DNA of 64,000 nucleotides, from positions 7,984 to 71,983 of the forward strand of contig CACIDN010000005.1 of the NCBI GenBank assembly GCA_902585415.1, given 5' to 3'. The position numbers and the translations under genes are program-made. Shown piece by piece: positions 33,557 to 43,766 of the stretch. Source of the DNA: an uncultured Pelagibacteraceae bacterium. GTDB lineage: Bacteria > Pseudomonadota > Alphaproteobacteria > Pelagibacterales > Pelagibacteraceae. The notes under the pieces were generated by a model. It was not told where the DNA came from. It made no database searches and saw nothing but the letters and a program-made list of their open reading frames with translations. The stretch's first letter is position 1; each line of letters starts with the position of its first letter.

Positions 33557-35289
33557 TTAGATAGCCAAACTGTTTCAAATGGTTTTAAGATTAATCTTCC
33601 ACTAATAATGCTAATCTCTTCGCTTAAAAAATTATTATAAACCTTTTCATTATTACCCAATAAAACACTTCGTGATTTCGAAGACATATTCGTAATACAA
33701 ATTATGATTTGTTTTTTATCTAAACTAATTCTTTTAAAAGCAAATATTTTATTACCAAAAGATAAACAACGCATAGCTGCATTTGGATGGAAGGCTTTTT
33801 GCTTTTTTCTAATCTTTAATAAATTAGTAATATGATCATAATAAATTCTTTGTTTAGATTTTTTATGTTTTAAAAATCTATCTAATTTTAACTTGTTCCA
33901 TTTATATCTGTTAAGGTCTCTTTTATTATTTGATATCACATATTTGTATTCATCATTAGATTTGCCAAATATTGAATTAAAGTAAACAGCTGGAACTCCT
34001 TCAATAGAAAACATTATTGCATGGGCAGAAATATATCTTTCTAACGAATATAATCCTTTTTTATCATAATCAGTATTTTTGAAAGCATTAAAGAGAGTTA
34101 TATTTACTTCATAAACTTTTTTTTGTGTTTTATTTATTTTTCTAAATGAAAGCTGAGCTCCATTTTTCTTTAATCTTTTAAATAAAGTATCAAGAGAATT
34201 TTTACTTAAATAACCTTCAGCAGGTCTCATTCCTATACCATCGTGTGAAGCAATAAAATTAAAATAATTATTTTTTAATTTTGTTGATGGTAATTTATTC
34301 ATCCACTGATTTAATTTCGAACTATCCTCAAAAAGAAAAGCATGAATTAGAAGAGGGGGTAGCGTAAAGTTGTATATCCAGTTTGCTTGGTCATTTTTTT
34401 TTCCAAAATAACTTAAGTTTTCTTTTTCGGGTAAATTAGTTTCAGTAAGTAAATAAGGTGAATTTTGTAAAGAGCTGCATATTATTCTTAGTAATTTAAC
34501 TATTTCATGTGTTTGTTTAAGATTTATACATTTAGTACCACTTTCTTTCCACAAATAGGCAATTGCATCTAATCTAAAAATTGTAACTCCATGACAAGCT
34601 AAGTTGATCATAATTTTAACAAAGCGCATCAACACTTTTGGGTTTTTAAAATTTAAATCTATTTGGTCAGGGCTAAAAGTTCTCCATATAAAATCAGGCT
34701 TTTTAAAAACATTAATCTTTTTTAGTAAACTATTTTCACGAGGTCTTACAACCTTTGAGATATCAAATTTTTTGTTAACTTTTATGAAGTAATCCTTGCC
34801 TGGAGATTTGTTTCTCAAAAAATTTTTAAACCATAAACCTTTAGATGACGCATGATTAATGACAATATCTGCCATTATATTATTTTTCTTTGAAAAATTG
34901 TTTATATCTGTCCAAGATCCTAGCTTACTATCTATTTTGTAGTGATCTTTGACTGCAAAACCACTATCACTACTTGAAGGGTAAAATGGCAAAAAGTGAA
35001 TAGTATTAAAAAACTTTGATAAATATTTTTTATAAAAATTTTTGAATGATCTAATGGAATTTAATTTACCATTATCAAAAACACTGTCACCGTAGCAAAT
35101 AACTACCGTAGTATCTTCAGATACCTTTAGATTTTTTCTTTTAGATTTTGATATTTTTTTGTTTGAAATTTTAATTAATTCAAAAATTTCATCAGAAAAT
35201 AATTTTAAATCATTATTTTTAAAATTTTTACCATAAATATTTTTAAGCTTAGAATTTATTTGATTTTTTACTGTGCCAGATAACATCAA
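33553..35289 (-). CDS. GH13 sucrose-phosphorylase-family enzyme, probably glucosylglycerate phosphorylase
   Basis: HFLPFYP, DIVINH, TFSPDQ.DLN, RLDAIAYLWK, TETN, ASHDGIG and YEVN motifs; substrate inferred from the neighbouring gpgS. Confidence 0.75.
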   Translation of the reverse strand: MMLSGTVKNQINSKLKNIYGKNFKNNDLKLFSDEIFELIKISNKKISKSKRKNLKVSEDTTVVICYGDSVFDNGKLNSIRSFKNFYKKYLSKFFNTIHFLPFYPSSSDSGFAVKDHYKIDSKLGSWTDINNFSKKNNIMADIVINHASSKGLWFKNFLRNKSPGKDYFIKVNKKFDISKVVRPRENSLLKKINVFKKPDFIWRTFSPDQIDLNFKNPKVLMRFVKIMINLACHGVTIFRLDAIAYLWKESGTKCINLKQTHEIVKLLRIICSSLQNSPYLLTETNLPEKENLSYFGKKNDQANWIYNFTLPPLLIHAFLFEDSSKLNQWMNKLPSTKLKNNYFNFIASHDGIGMRPAEGYLSKNSLDTLFKRLKKNGAQLSFRKINKTQKKVYEVNITLFNAFKNTDYDKKGLYSLERYISAHAIMFSIEGVPAVYFNSIFGKSNDEYKYVISNNKRDLNRYKWNKLKLDRFLKHKKSKQRIYYDHITNLLKIRKKQKAFHPNAAMRCLSFGNKIFAFKRISLDKKQIIICITNMSSKSRSVLLGNNEKVYNNFLSEEISIISGRLILKPFETVWLSN

Positions 35290-36506
35290 ATAAATTTTTT
35301 ATTATCTTCAGAAACAGCTTTATTTAATCTTACAAGAAAATCTGGTATTGCGCTTTTAACTCTACTCCAAGTTGGAATAAACGGTGTATCCATTGGGTTA
35401 ATATAAAAAGCTTCTCCTGCCTTCATTATATTAACAGCAAATAATTCAACAGCCTCCTCTTCTTTGTGAGAGTCAAACTTCAATCCATTCATTTCAGCAT
35501 CACTTCTGTAAATATCAATTAAGTCTAATGCAGATCTATAGTATGTTGCTTTTAAAGATCTGAATTTTTCCCTACTAAATGAATTTCCTTGAGTAGCTAA
35601 TTTTTTAATAAATGTCTTAATTATATCAATAGACATTTTTGATAATCCTTTTGTTTCATCATCGATAGAAAGATCCTGATGTTTATGATCGTAAGTGTCT
35701 GCTAAATCAACTTGGCAAATATTATTTGGTGAAAAGCTTCTTTGCATTTCAGATAAAATTCCAACTTCTATACCCCAGTCCGATGAAATCCTTAATTCTG
35801 GTAATACATTTCTTCTAAATGAAAATTCACCTGCTAAAGGATATTTAAAAGATTTCATAAAATTTATATAATCACCTTTGCCAATAGTTTTCTCTAATGC
35901 AGTCAATAATGGACCCACAAGAAGTCTCGCTACTCTTCCGTTCATTTTGTTATTTGCAATTCTTGGATAGTACCCCTTACAAAACTCAAAGTTAAATAAG
36001 GGATTAACAACTGGATAGAATAATTTAGCTAGCATTCTTCTATCATATGTTTTTATATCACAATCATGCAATGCTACGGATCTAGCAGTATCTCGCGCAA
36101 TACACATACCAATACAATACCAAACATTTCTACCTTTACCCATTTCGTTTGGTGCTAGGTTTTTTTCTTTTAATTCTGTATCAAGTTTTTTAAGTTTAGG
36201 ACCATCGTTCCATAAAATTGTGAAAGAAACATTTATTTTTTTAAAAAATTTCCAAGCTTTCTTTGCTTGACTCTCTGATGCCTTGTCTAATCCTATAATT
36301 ACGTGATTTAAATATTTTGTTTTACTTATTTGATCTACGATATTAGGCAATGCAGAGCCTTCTAATTCAGAGTATAAACAAGGGAGGATTAATTCCATTT
36401 TTCTTTCTTTAGAAAAATTTAATAAATCTTTTTCAATATCTGCAGTAGATTTTGTACCAAAATCATGCAGTGTAGAAACTATTCCGTTTTGAGAAAAATC
36501 ACCCAT
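35286..36506 (-). CDS. gpgS: Glucosyl-3-phosphoglycerate synthase
   Basis: DFSQNG, GKGRNVW, HDCDI, KGYY.R, YPLAGEF, DWGIE and YDHKHQ motifs. Confidence 0.8.
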   Translation of the reverse strand: MGDFSQNGIVSTLHDFGTKSTADIEKDLLNFSKERKMELILPCLYSELEGSALPNIVDQISKTKYLNHVIIGLDKASESQAKKAWKFFKKINVSFTILWNDGPKLKKLDTELKEKNLAPNEMGKGRNVWYCIGMCIARDTARSVALHDCDIKTYDRRMLAKLFYPVVNPLFNFEFCKGYYPRIANNKMNGRVARLLVGPLLTALEKTIGKGDYINFMKSFKYPLAGEFSFRRNVLPELRISSDWGIEVGILSEMQRSFSPNNICQVDLADTYDHKHQDLSIDDETKGLSKMSIDIIKTFIKKLATQGNSFSREKFRSLKATYYRSALDLIDIYRSDAEMNGLKFDSHKEEEAVELFAVNIMKAGEAFYINPMDTPFIPTWSRVKSAIPDFLVRLNKAVSEDNKKFI

Positions 36507-36523
36507 AACTTATTCTAGTAACA

Positions 36524-37318
36524 TTATTTTATTTTTTCCAGAGCCAATTTGACAACTTCTTCCCAACCTTCTGGAGCAGGTTTTTTTGACACTAAACAGT
36601 TATTTATATTTATTTTTTCTAATGTAAATTTATCATTAAAGACTAAACAAGGTATATCGCTATTTTTGAGCATATCTAGATCATTATAATTATCACCAAT
36701 GCCGATTGTAAATAATTTTTCTTTAGTTATTTTTTTAAATACTTTTACAACATTTTTCATTGCTTGAGATTTACTGACTTTATCAGAAAGATTTATCACT
36801 CTACCCCCTTCTTGTAGTGATAATCCAATATCATTTACAGACTTGAAGAGATCTATTTTATCAGATTTTGAACCCTCAAATAATAATGGGATTGAGTACT
36901 CTCTATTTAGTGAAGCTTTAATCTTTTCTTTAGGAAGTCCCAGAACCGCCATTTGTTTTTTAATATCTAAGTTCTTAATAAATTTACATTTTGACTTAAA
37001 CTTACTAGAAATTTTACCATCAAATACTTTTAATATTTCATCATGCTCTCTACTTAAACTAATTTTTTCTGGGAAACTTGAATTAATTAAGTTTAGATTA
37101 TAAATAGCTGCACCATTTTCAACCACAAAAGATAAATTTTCATCCAATTCTTTATTAAATACCTCAATTTCTTGGCGTGTTTTACTTGAATTAGGAATAA
37201 TACAAATATCTTTTAAAATCAGTTCTTTTAAATAACTTAATATTTTATCAAATTTAAAAGTATCTCTATCAAGTAAAGTTGCATCTAAATCTGTGAATAT
37301 AATTATTTTTGGAGTCAT
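36524..37318 (-). CDS. HAD-IIB mannosyl/glucosyl-3-phosphoglycerate phosphatase
   Basis: TDLDATL, SSKT, ENG, REYS.P, GGR and GDNYND motifs. Confidence 0.82.
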   Translation of the reverse strand: MTPKIIIFTDLDATLLDRDTFKFDKILSYLKELILKDICIIPNSSKTRQEIEVFNKELDENLSFVVENGAAIYNLNLINSSFPEKISLSREHDEILKVFDGKISSKFKSKCKFIKNLDIKKQMAVLGLPKEKIKASLNREYSIPLLFEGSKSDKIDLFKSVNDIGLSLQEGGRVINLSDKVSKSQAMKNVVKVFKKITKEKLFTIGIGDNYNDLDMLKNSDIPCLVFNDKFTLEKININNCLVSKKPAPEGWEEVVKLALEKIK

Positions 37319-37353
37319 AACTCAAATTATTCACAGTTTTATAAATAAGTTTG

Positions 37354-38799
37354 TTACATATCAACAATTAACGTGTCCTTAGAACCACCACCTTGAGAGC
37401 TGTTAACAATTGTACTACCTTTTCTTAATGCAACTCTGGTTAATCCGCCAGTTGTAACATAGGAGGTTTTTCCACTTAGAACAAAAGGTCTTAAATCTAG
37501 ATGCCTTGGCTCAATATCGTTTTCAGTAATCGTTGGTGCTGTTGATAAAATTTCTAGTGGCTGTGCAATAAATTCTCTTGGATTTTTTTTTATTTTATTA
37601 ATTACTTCCTCTCTTTCTTTAAGAGGAGCTTTTGGCCCAATCATAATTCCATAGCCACCCGAAGCATTTGCAGGTTTAACTACCAGTTTTGAGATATTAT
37701 CTATTACGTAATCTCTTTGAATCTTTTCATGGCACAAGTAAGTTTCTACTTGGTTTAAAATTGGTTGTTCACCTAAATAGTATACTATCATTTTATTTAC
37801 GTAAGAATAAACTACCTTGTCATCTGCTATACCTGTTCCTATTGCGTTTAGAATTCCGACATTACCTTTTCTCCAACATTTAAACAAACCAGGTACACCA
37901 ATCACAGATTCTTTATTAAATGCTTTTGGATCCAAAAAACTATCATCTAAACGTCTATATATACAATCAACTTTCAAAGGTCCTTTAACAGTTTTCATGT
38001 ATGCGATGTCATTTTCAACAAAAAGATCTTTACCTTCTACTAAAGCAATACCCATTTGCTCAGCTAGATAAGAATGTTCAAAGTATGCAGAATTATAAAT
38101 TCCTGGAGTTAGTACCACCATATGAGGATCTTTGGTTTTTTTGGGAATGCATTCAATCATACAGTTGAAAAGTTTATTTGTATAATGATTAATTGATGCA
38201 ACTTTATATCTAGTAAAAAGTTCAGGAAAAACGTCTCTCATAACCATCCTATTCTCAAGCATATAAGAAACCCCAGAAGGGACTCTTAAATTGTCCTCTA
38301 AAACTAAATAATCTCCAGCTTTGTTCCTAATTAAGTCAACACCTGAAATGTTAGACCAAGCTTTATATTTTGGAGAAAATCCTTCACACTCTTTAACATA
38401 ATATGGTGATTTGAATATTATTTCTTTTGGAACAACATTATCTTTGAATATTTTCTTTTGGTTATAAACGTCATCAATAAATAAATTTAGAGCCTTAACT
38501 CTTTGTTGTAGTCCCTTTGAAACTTTGTTCCACTGAGTTCTTGGAATTATTCTTGGTATTATATCTAAGGGCCATTTTTTCTCTTCTGCTCTGTTATTTG
38601 CTGCGTAAACCCTAAAGTTAATACCTCTCGCGCTTATAGTGCTTTGACAGTTTTTTTCAATTTCTTGTAATTTTTTTTTTCCATATCTCTCAAGAATATT
38701 GGAAATTATCATAGCATGTTTTCGTAGCTTATTATCCTCAGTAAAATATCCATCGTATGCAAATTTAGCATTATAGTTTTTCCACAACTTAGTTACCAT
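37354..38799 (-). CDS. Circularly permuted type 2 ATP-grasp protein
   Basis: LEDNLRVPSGVSY, NSAYFEH, IYRRLDD, GGLTRVAL and VNSSQGGGSKDT motifs. Confidence 0.9.
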   Translation of the reverse strand: MVTKLWKNYNAKFAYDGYFTEDNKLRKHAMIISNILERYGKKKLQEIEKNCQSTISARGINFRVYAANNRAEEKKWPLDIIPRIIPRTQWNKVSKGLQQRVKALNLFIDDVYNQKKIFKDNVVPKEIIFKSPYYVKECEGFSPKYKAWSNISGVDLIRNKAGDYLVLEDNLRVPSGVSYMLENRMVMRDVFPELFTRYKVASINHYTNKLFNCMIECIPKKTKDPHMVVLTPGIYNSAYFEHSYLAEQMGIALVEGKDLFVENDIAYMKTVKGPLKVDCIYRRLDDSFLDPKAFNKESVIGVPGLFKCWRKGNVGILNAIGTGIADDKVVYSYVNKMIVYYLGEQPILNQVETYLCHEKIQRDYVIDNISKLVVKPANASGGYGIMIGPKAPLKEREEVINKIKKNPREFIAQPLEILSTAPTITENDIEPRHLDLRPFVLSGKTSYVTTGGLTRVALRKGSTIVNSSQGGGSKDTLIVDM

Positions 38800-38908
38800 T
38801 ATGGCAGCTTTTATTAGTTAAACGTATTATGCAAATGCATTTTAGATATATCAGATATGATATAAATCGATTATAAATAGCATATTTAATTAAATAATAC
38901 ATAAATGT

Positions 38909-39634
38909 ATGACATATTGTATAGGAATTAAAACTAAAGAGGGCATAATAATAGCCTCAGACTCAAGAACTAATGCTGGCTTTGATAATGTAAATATTTA
39001 CTCAAAAATGTTTACATATGATGTCGGAGATAGAACTATTTTAATCGTAACCTCAGGCAATCTTGGTACTTCTCAAGCAGTTTATAAATCTATTGAGAAA
39101 GATCTGGAGAATACAACTGGCATCAAAAATTTAAATACATGTGAAGATTTTGATCAGATAGCAAAATATGTCGGAAGTTTAAATATTAAACATTCATCTC
39201 CTAAAGGCATAAATACCGACACTGTATTACTTGGATCAACTTTTATTGTAGGTGGGCAAATTAAAGGACAAGAAATGGAATTGTTTTTAGTTTATCCTCA
39301 AGGCAATTATATTAAACCTGCAGATAGCAAACCATATTTAGTAATAGGAGAAGTTAAATATGGTAAACCTATATTAGATAGAGTTGTAACACCAGATGTG
39401 TCTATTGGTGACGCCTCTAGATGTGCATTAATATCAATGGACTCAACATTAAAAAGTGACTTAACAGTTGGTCCACCAATAGACTTTGTAGTTTATAAAA
39501 AAGACGAATTAAAAATTACGTCTCAAAAGTGCTTGAATTTAAATGATAAAGAATTTTCAAAAGTTTCAGGTGAATGGTCTGATGGCATTTTAAAAATATT
39601 TAATTCTTTTCCAAGATTTGATTGGGAAAAATAA
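38909..39634 (+). CDS. Anbu / proteasome-type Ntn peptidase
   Basis: MTYC (Thr nucleophile after Met removal), DSRTNAG, GNL, YPQGN, IGE.KYGKP and SMDST motifs. Confidence 0.88.
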   Translation: MTYCIGIKTKEGIIIASDSRTNAGFDNVNIYSKMFTYDVGDRTILIVTSGNLGTSQAVYKSIEKDLENTTGIKNLNTCEDFDQIAKYVGSLNIKHSSPKGINTDTVLLGSTFIVGGQIKGQEMELFLVYPQGNYIKPADSKPYLVIGEVKYGKPILDRVVTPDVSIGDASRCALISMDSTLKSDLTVGPPIDFVVYKKDELKITSQKCLNLNDKEFSKVSGEWSDGILKIFNSFPRFDWEK

Positions 39635-39658
39635 TTATTTTAAGAGTATAACTTATTA

Positions 39659-42346
39659 ATGATAAAAAGAGATCTTTACTATGAGAGAATTCCTACCAAA
39701 AGTTTAAGAAACGATGTTAGGTATTTAGGAAATATTTTAGGAAAGGTAATAAAAGAACAAGAAGGAAATAAATTTTTTAAATTAGTTGAAAAAACAAGGA
39801 TTTTATCAAAAGCTAATATTGCTAATAAAGGCAAAAAAAATCCTTTTACAAATTTATCTAAAAAAATTAAAAAACAAAATCCTAAAGATCTATTCAAATT
39901 AACTAGAGCATATAATCATTTTATGAATTTGTATAATTTGGCTGAGTCAGTAGATGCCTCTAGAACCTTGGATCAATATGAAAATTCTTCAAAAAGTAAA
40001 AAAAATCAAAATATATTTATAGAAGAAATATTTGAAAGTTTTTTTAAAAATAAAAATATTTCTAATAAACAAATTTTTGATTTAGCAAAAAGACTTAATA
40101 TTGGTATCGTTTTAACTGCTCATCCAACAGAGGTTAAAAGAAGAACCTTAATTCAAAAATATCATACATTGACTGAAATATTGGAGCAAAGAAATTTGCT
40201 TAAAAACTATCCTTCTAAAATAAAAATATTAGACAAAGAAATGTTTAACGAATTAACTATTATCTGGAATACAGATGAACTAAAGAGACACAAGCCATCT
40301 CCGTTTGATGAAGCAAGATGGGGATTGGCAATAATAGAAGACAGTTTATGGGATACAATTCCAAAAGTTTACAGAAGACTTAATGAAATATTTGTTAAAA
40401 ATATGAAAAAAAATTTACCAAAAAATTTTAACCCAATTGAATTTGGTTCATGGATGGGTGGTGATAGGGATGGAAATCCTTTTGTTACATCTAAAGTTAC
40501 TGAAGAGGTTTTACTTTTATCGAGATGGGAAGCTGCAAAACTTTATGAAAAATCTTTAACAAAATTAATAAGATCTTTTTCGATGCAAAAATGTTCTAAA
40601 AAAATATCAAATTATACAGGTCACTCATATGAACCTTATAGAGTTTATCTAAGACCCCTAAGGGATAAAATTAGAAGAACTCATAGAATGATAGAACGAC
40701 ATTTAGTTCAAAAAAGACCTTTAAATCAAAAAGAACTTATTTCATCAAAGGAAGATATTTTAAAACCATTGAGAGTGGTTAGAGAGTCTTTAGAGCAGTC
40801 ACAAAATGAAAACATTGCAAGTGGAGAACTATTAGACTTAATGAGAAGAGCAAAATGTTTTGGTATTAATTTAGCCAGATTGGACATAAGACAAGAATCG
40901 TCAAGACATACAAAATTGATTGCAGAGATAATAAATAGGAAATTTAAGAAGGATTATTATTCATGGACAGAGTTAGAAAAAATAGAGTTTTTGACTAAAA
41001 AAATAAGAGGAAAAAATTTTATTAATAATTTTCAATTTAAAGATAGAGAAAATTTAGAAGTATGGTCAACTTTTAAAGCTTTAGCAAGTCAACCAAAAGA
41101 ATGCTTAGGAGCTTATATTATATCAATGACCTCCTCAGCTTCTGATATTCTTTCAGTTATTCTTTTGCAAAAAGAGGCAAACATTAAAGATAAATTAAGA
41201 GTAGTACCATTATTTGAAACTTTAGATGATTTGATAAATGGGAACAAGGTCATGTCTGTTTTATATAAATTATATTGGTACAGAAACATGATTAATCATG
41301 AACAAGAAATTATGATTGGTTATTCAGACTCCAGTAAAGACGCAGGTAAATTATGTGCAAGTTGGAATCAATATAAACTCCAGGAAGAAACTCTAGCTTT
41401 ATCAAAAAAATTTAAAGTAAAATTATCTTTTTTCCATGGAAGAGGTGGTTCAGCAGGAAGGGGAGGTGGACCAATACAAGCTACTCTCAGATCACAGCCA
41501 CCTGGTTCTGTTAATGGAAAAATAAGAATTACTGATCAGGGTGAGGTGATACAACAAAAATATGGATACCAGCCTATAGCTAAATATAATTTATGTAGTT
41601 ACATAAGTTCTGTAATGTTAGCAACTTTGGTTCCTCCACCTCAACCAAAAAAAAAATGGAGAAATTTGATAGAGAGCATGTCAGATATATCTAAAAGTTC
41701 TTACAGAAAAAATTTAACATCAAGTACTGAATTTATCAGATACTTTAAAACGGTTACGCCTCATTTAGCATTAGGAAAATTATCTATTGGATCTCGTCCA
41801 TCTAAAAGAAAAAACATAGATAATATTAAAGGTCTTAGAGCAATACCTTGGGTGTTTGCGTGGACACAAATAAGATTAATGTTGCCTGCTTGGCTTGGTA
41901 CAGCAGAAGCATTAAGGTACTCTTCAATTAAAAAATTTAAAAAAACTTTAATTGATATGGAAAGAAACTGGCCATTTTTTAACTCTACCATGGACTTACT
42001 TGATATGGTTATTTCAAAAGTAGATCCAGAAATTTCTAAAATCTATGAGGATTATCTTGCCGATAATAATCTAAAAAGGGTAGGTAAAAAACTTAGATTT
42101 CAGTTTGAAGCTTTAAAAAAACTTAATCAAAGCATTACTCCATCTGAAATTTTAAAACAAAGAAAAGCTTTTAGGAGTCCAGCAATTATAAGAAATGTAT
42201 ATTCTGAAGTTTTAAACGTATTACAAGCTACAGTTATGATGAAATTAACTAAAAAAAATATTAATAAAGTAAATAATAATTATCTAAGTGATGCATTAAT
42301 GACTAGCATAGCAGGGATATCGGCTGCAATAAAAAATACTGGTTAA
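39659..42346 (+). CDS. ppc: Phosphoenolpyruvate carboxylase
   Basis: VLTAHPTE, WMGGDRDGNP, GYSDSSKDAG, FHGRGG, LRAIPW and KNTG motifs. Confidence 0.96.
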   Translation: MIKRDLYYERIPTKSLRNDVRYLGNILGKVIKEQEGNKFFKLVEKTRILSKANIANKGKKNPFTNLSKKIKKQNPKDLFKLTRAYNHFMNLYNLAESVDASRTLDQYENSSKSKKNQNIFIEEIFESFFKNKNISNKQIFDLAKRLNIGIVLTAHPTEVKRRTLIQKYHTLTEILEQRNLLKNYPSKIKILDKEMFNELTIIWNTDELKRHKPSPFDEARWGLAIIEDSLWDTIPKVYRRLNEIFVKNMKKNLPKNFNPIEFGSWMGGDRDGNPFVTSKVTEEVLLLSRWEAAKLYEKSLTKLIRSFSMQKCSKKISNYTGHSYEPYRVYLRPLRDKIRRTHRMIERHLVQKRPLNQKELISSKEDILKPLRVVRESLEQSQNENIASGELLDLMRRAKCFGINLARLDIRQESSRHTKLIAEIINRKFKKDYYSWTELEKIEFLTKKIRGKNFINNFQFKDRENLEVWSTFKALASQPKECLGAYIISMTSSASDILSVILLQKEANIKDKLRVVPLFETLDDLINGNKVMSVLYKLYWYRNMINHEQEIMIGYSDSSKDAGKLCASWNQYKLQEETLALSKKFKVKLSFFHGRGGSAGRGGGPIQATLRSQPPGSVNGKIRITDQGEVIQQKYGYQPIAKYNLCSYISSVMLATLVPPPQPKKKWRNLIESMSDISKSSYRKNLTSSTEFIRYFKTVTPHLALGKLSIGSRPSKRKNIDNIKGLRAIPWVFAWTQIRLMLPAWLGTAEALRYSSIKKFKKTLIDMERNWPFFNSTMDLLDMVISKVDPEISKIYEDYLADNNLKRVGKKLRFQFEALKKLNQSITPSEILKQRKAFRSPAIIRNVYSEVLNVLQATVMMKLTKKNINKVNNNYLSDALMTSIAGISAAIKNTG

Positions 42347-42473
42347 TTACAAAAAGATTTTTAATTTATACTTGATGTAATTTAAAAAATAAGAAACAAA
42401 AATTAAATTAATAGAATTTTGTTTATGGTATAACTTTTTGAGATAAGATAATTTGAATTGTTGAATAATAATT

Positions 42474-43310
42474 ATGATTAAAACCCTTTTTAAAAAATTT
42501 AGTAAATCATTATTTTATTTAAAATATAATTTTAAAAGGCAATTAAGAATTTTTTTTAAAATTGATCAGATAATCTTTATTGATAATAAAAAAATTATTT
42601 TACCTCCTGGGCATTTACTGTCATTGTATGAGTCTGTTTATCCAAAATATGATAGATTTCTGCCAACGGTTGTTAGCAAAATTAAAGAAAATGAAGTTAT
42701 AATAGATGTCGGTGCAAATATTGGAGATACTGTTTTTAGATTATTAAATTTTAATACAAGGCCTTATTATTATTGTATCGAAGCTGATGATCTTTTCTTT
42801 GAATATCTTCAAAAGAACATAAAATCTCTTGATATAAATATACAAAATAAGATCATTTTAATTAAAACACTTGTCGGAGACCAATTAAAAGGAAATTTAT
42901 CAGAAACTACTACTGGCACAAAATCACTAATTGAGTCAGATTTAGGAATTAAAAGTAAAAAACTTGATGACATAATAGTGGAAAATAAAATAAAGAATAT
43001 TAAGTTAATAAAAGTAGATGTTGATGGATTTGATTATAATATTTTATTTTCGGCAATTAATGAATTAAAAAATAATAAACCAGATATTTTTTTTGAATAT
43101 ATGCCCATTGATGAGTTGAGTAAAATAAATTATTTAAAATTGATCGAAAAATTGAATGAAATTGGTTATTCTAATTGGACCATGTTAAATAATTATGGCT
43201 CAATCATTTTTGAAAATAATGGTTACATTGATGTAATAAATAAGATTAAATCAGCTTTAATAAAAAAAGATGTTTTTGATATTTATTGTAAGTTTGAAAA
43301 AAGAATATAA
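42474..43310 (+). CDS. FkbM family methyltransferase
   Basis: IDVGANIG, KLDD, LIKVDVDGFD and FFEY motifs. Confidence 0.82.
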   Translation: MIKTLFKKFSKSLFYLKYNFKRQLRIFFKIDQIIFIDNKKIILPPGHLLSLYESVYPKYDRFLPTVVSKIKENEVIIDVGANIGDTVFRLLNFNTRPYYYCIEADDLFFEYLQKNIKSLDINIQNKIILIKTLVGDQLKGNLSETTTGTKSLIESDLGIKSKKLDDIIVENKIKNIKLIKVDVDGFDYNILFSAINELKNNKPDIFFEYMPIDELSKINYLKLIEKLNEIGYSNWTMLNNYGSIIFENNGYIDVINKIKSALIKKDVFDIYCKFEKRI

Positions 43311-43362
43311 CTCCACATATATATAGTATTTTATAGTGTAACTAAACAAACTAGGAAACAGA

Positions 43363-43480
43363 GAGATAAAATAAAAAAATTTTACTTATTCATCTTGTTC
43401 AATTATAAATATTGGCATAAACACTCATGAAAATAACTCATGCCCTCGTGGTGAAATTGGTAGACACAAAGGACTTAAAA
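43363..43480 (+). repeat. Copy 1 of tRNA-Leu upstream block plus tRNA 5' half (43442-43480)
   Basis: Nearly identical to about 54034-54151; identity stops at the end of the anticodon loop (GGACTTAAAA). Confidence 0.95.
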
Positions 43481-43605
43481 GCCGAGGGATCCACAAGAGA
43501 GTCAGTCCGTGGTAGTCTAAGACTGTCTAAAACATCCTATAAAATCCCATTCTTCAATTTAGCTTTCAATTAATATTGGAACTTAAAGTTCAATTAATTT
43601 GCTCA

Positions 43606-43635
43606 AACTGGTACTCAACTGGTACCTAGAGAGAT
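43606..43635 (+). repeat. Left tandem motif of cassette A (putative integrase arm site)
   Basis: CTGGTACT-CAA-CTGGTACC-TAGAGAGAT, 11-bp period. Confidence 0.75.
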
Positions 43636-43655
43636 TATATTATATGCTTATATTT

Positions 43656-43766
43656 ATGAAAAATCTTTTATGGGTCGTGATCCTGAATTATAGTATTTTT
43701 GGTATAACTAACAACAAACTAAAAACAGGAAATACAAATCATAATCTTAATGGCACAAAAAATTAA
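43656..43766 (+). pseudogene. Decayed MKKLLGIVVL-type signal-peptide stub (MKNLLWVVIL...)
   Basis: 24 of the first 30 nt match the start of ORF 63142; short frame. Confidence 0.55.

Noticed and set aside
38800-38908. NtrC or sigma54 site between the ATP-grasp gene and Anbu
   Set aside because: Only an imperfect ATGCAAATGCAT palindrome; spacing fits neither consensus.
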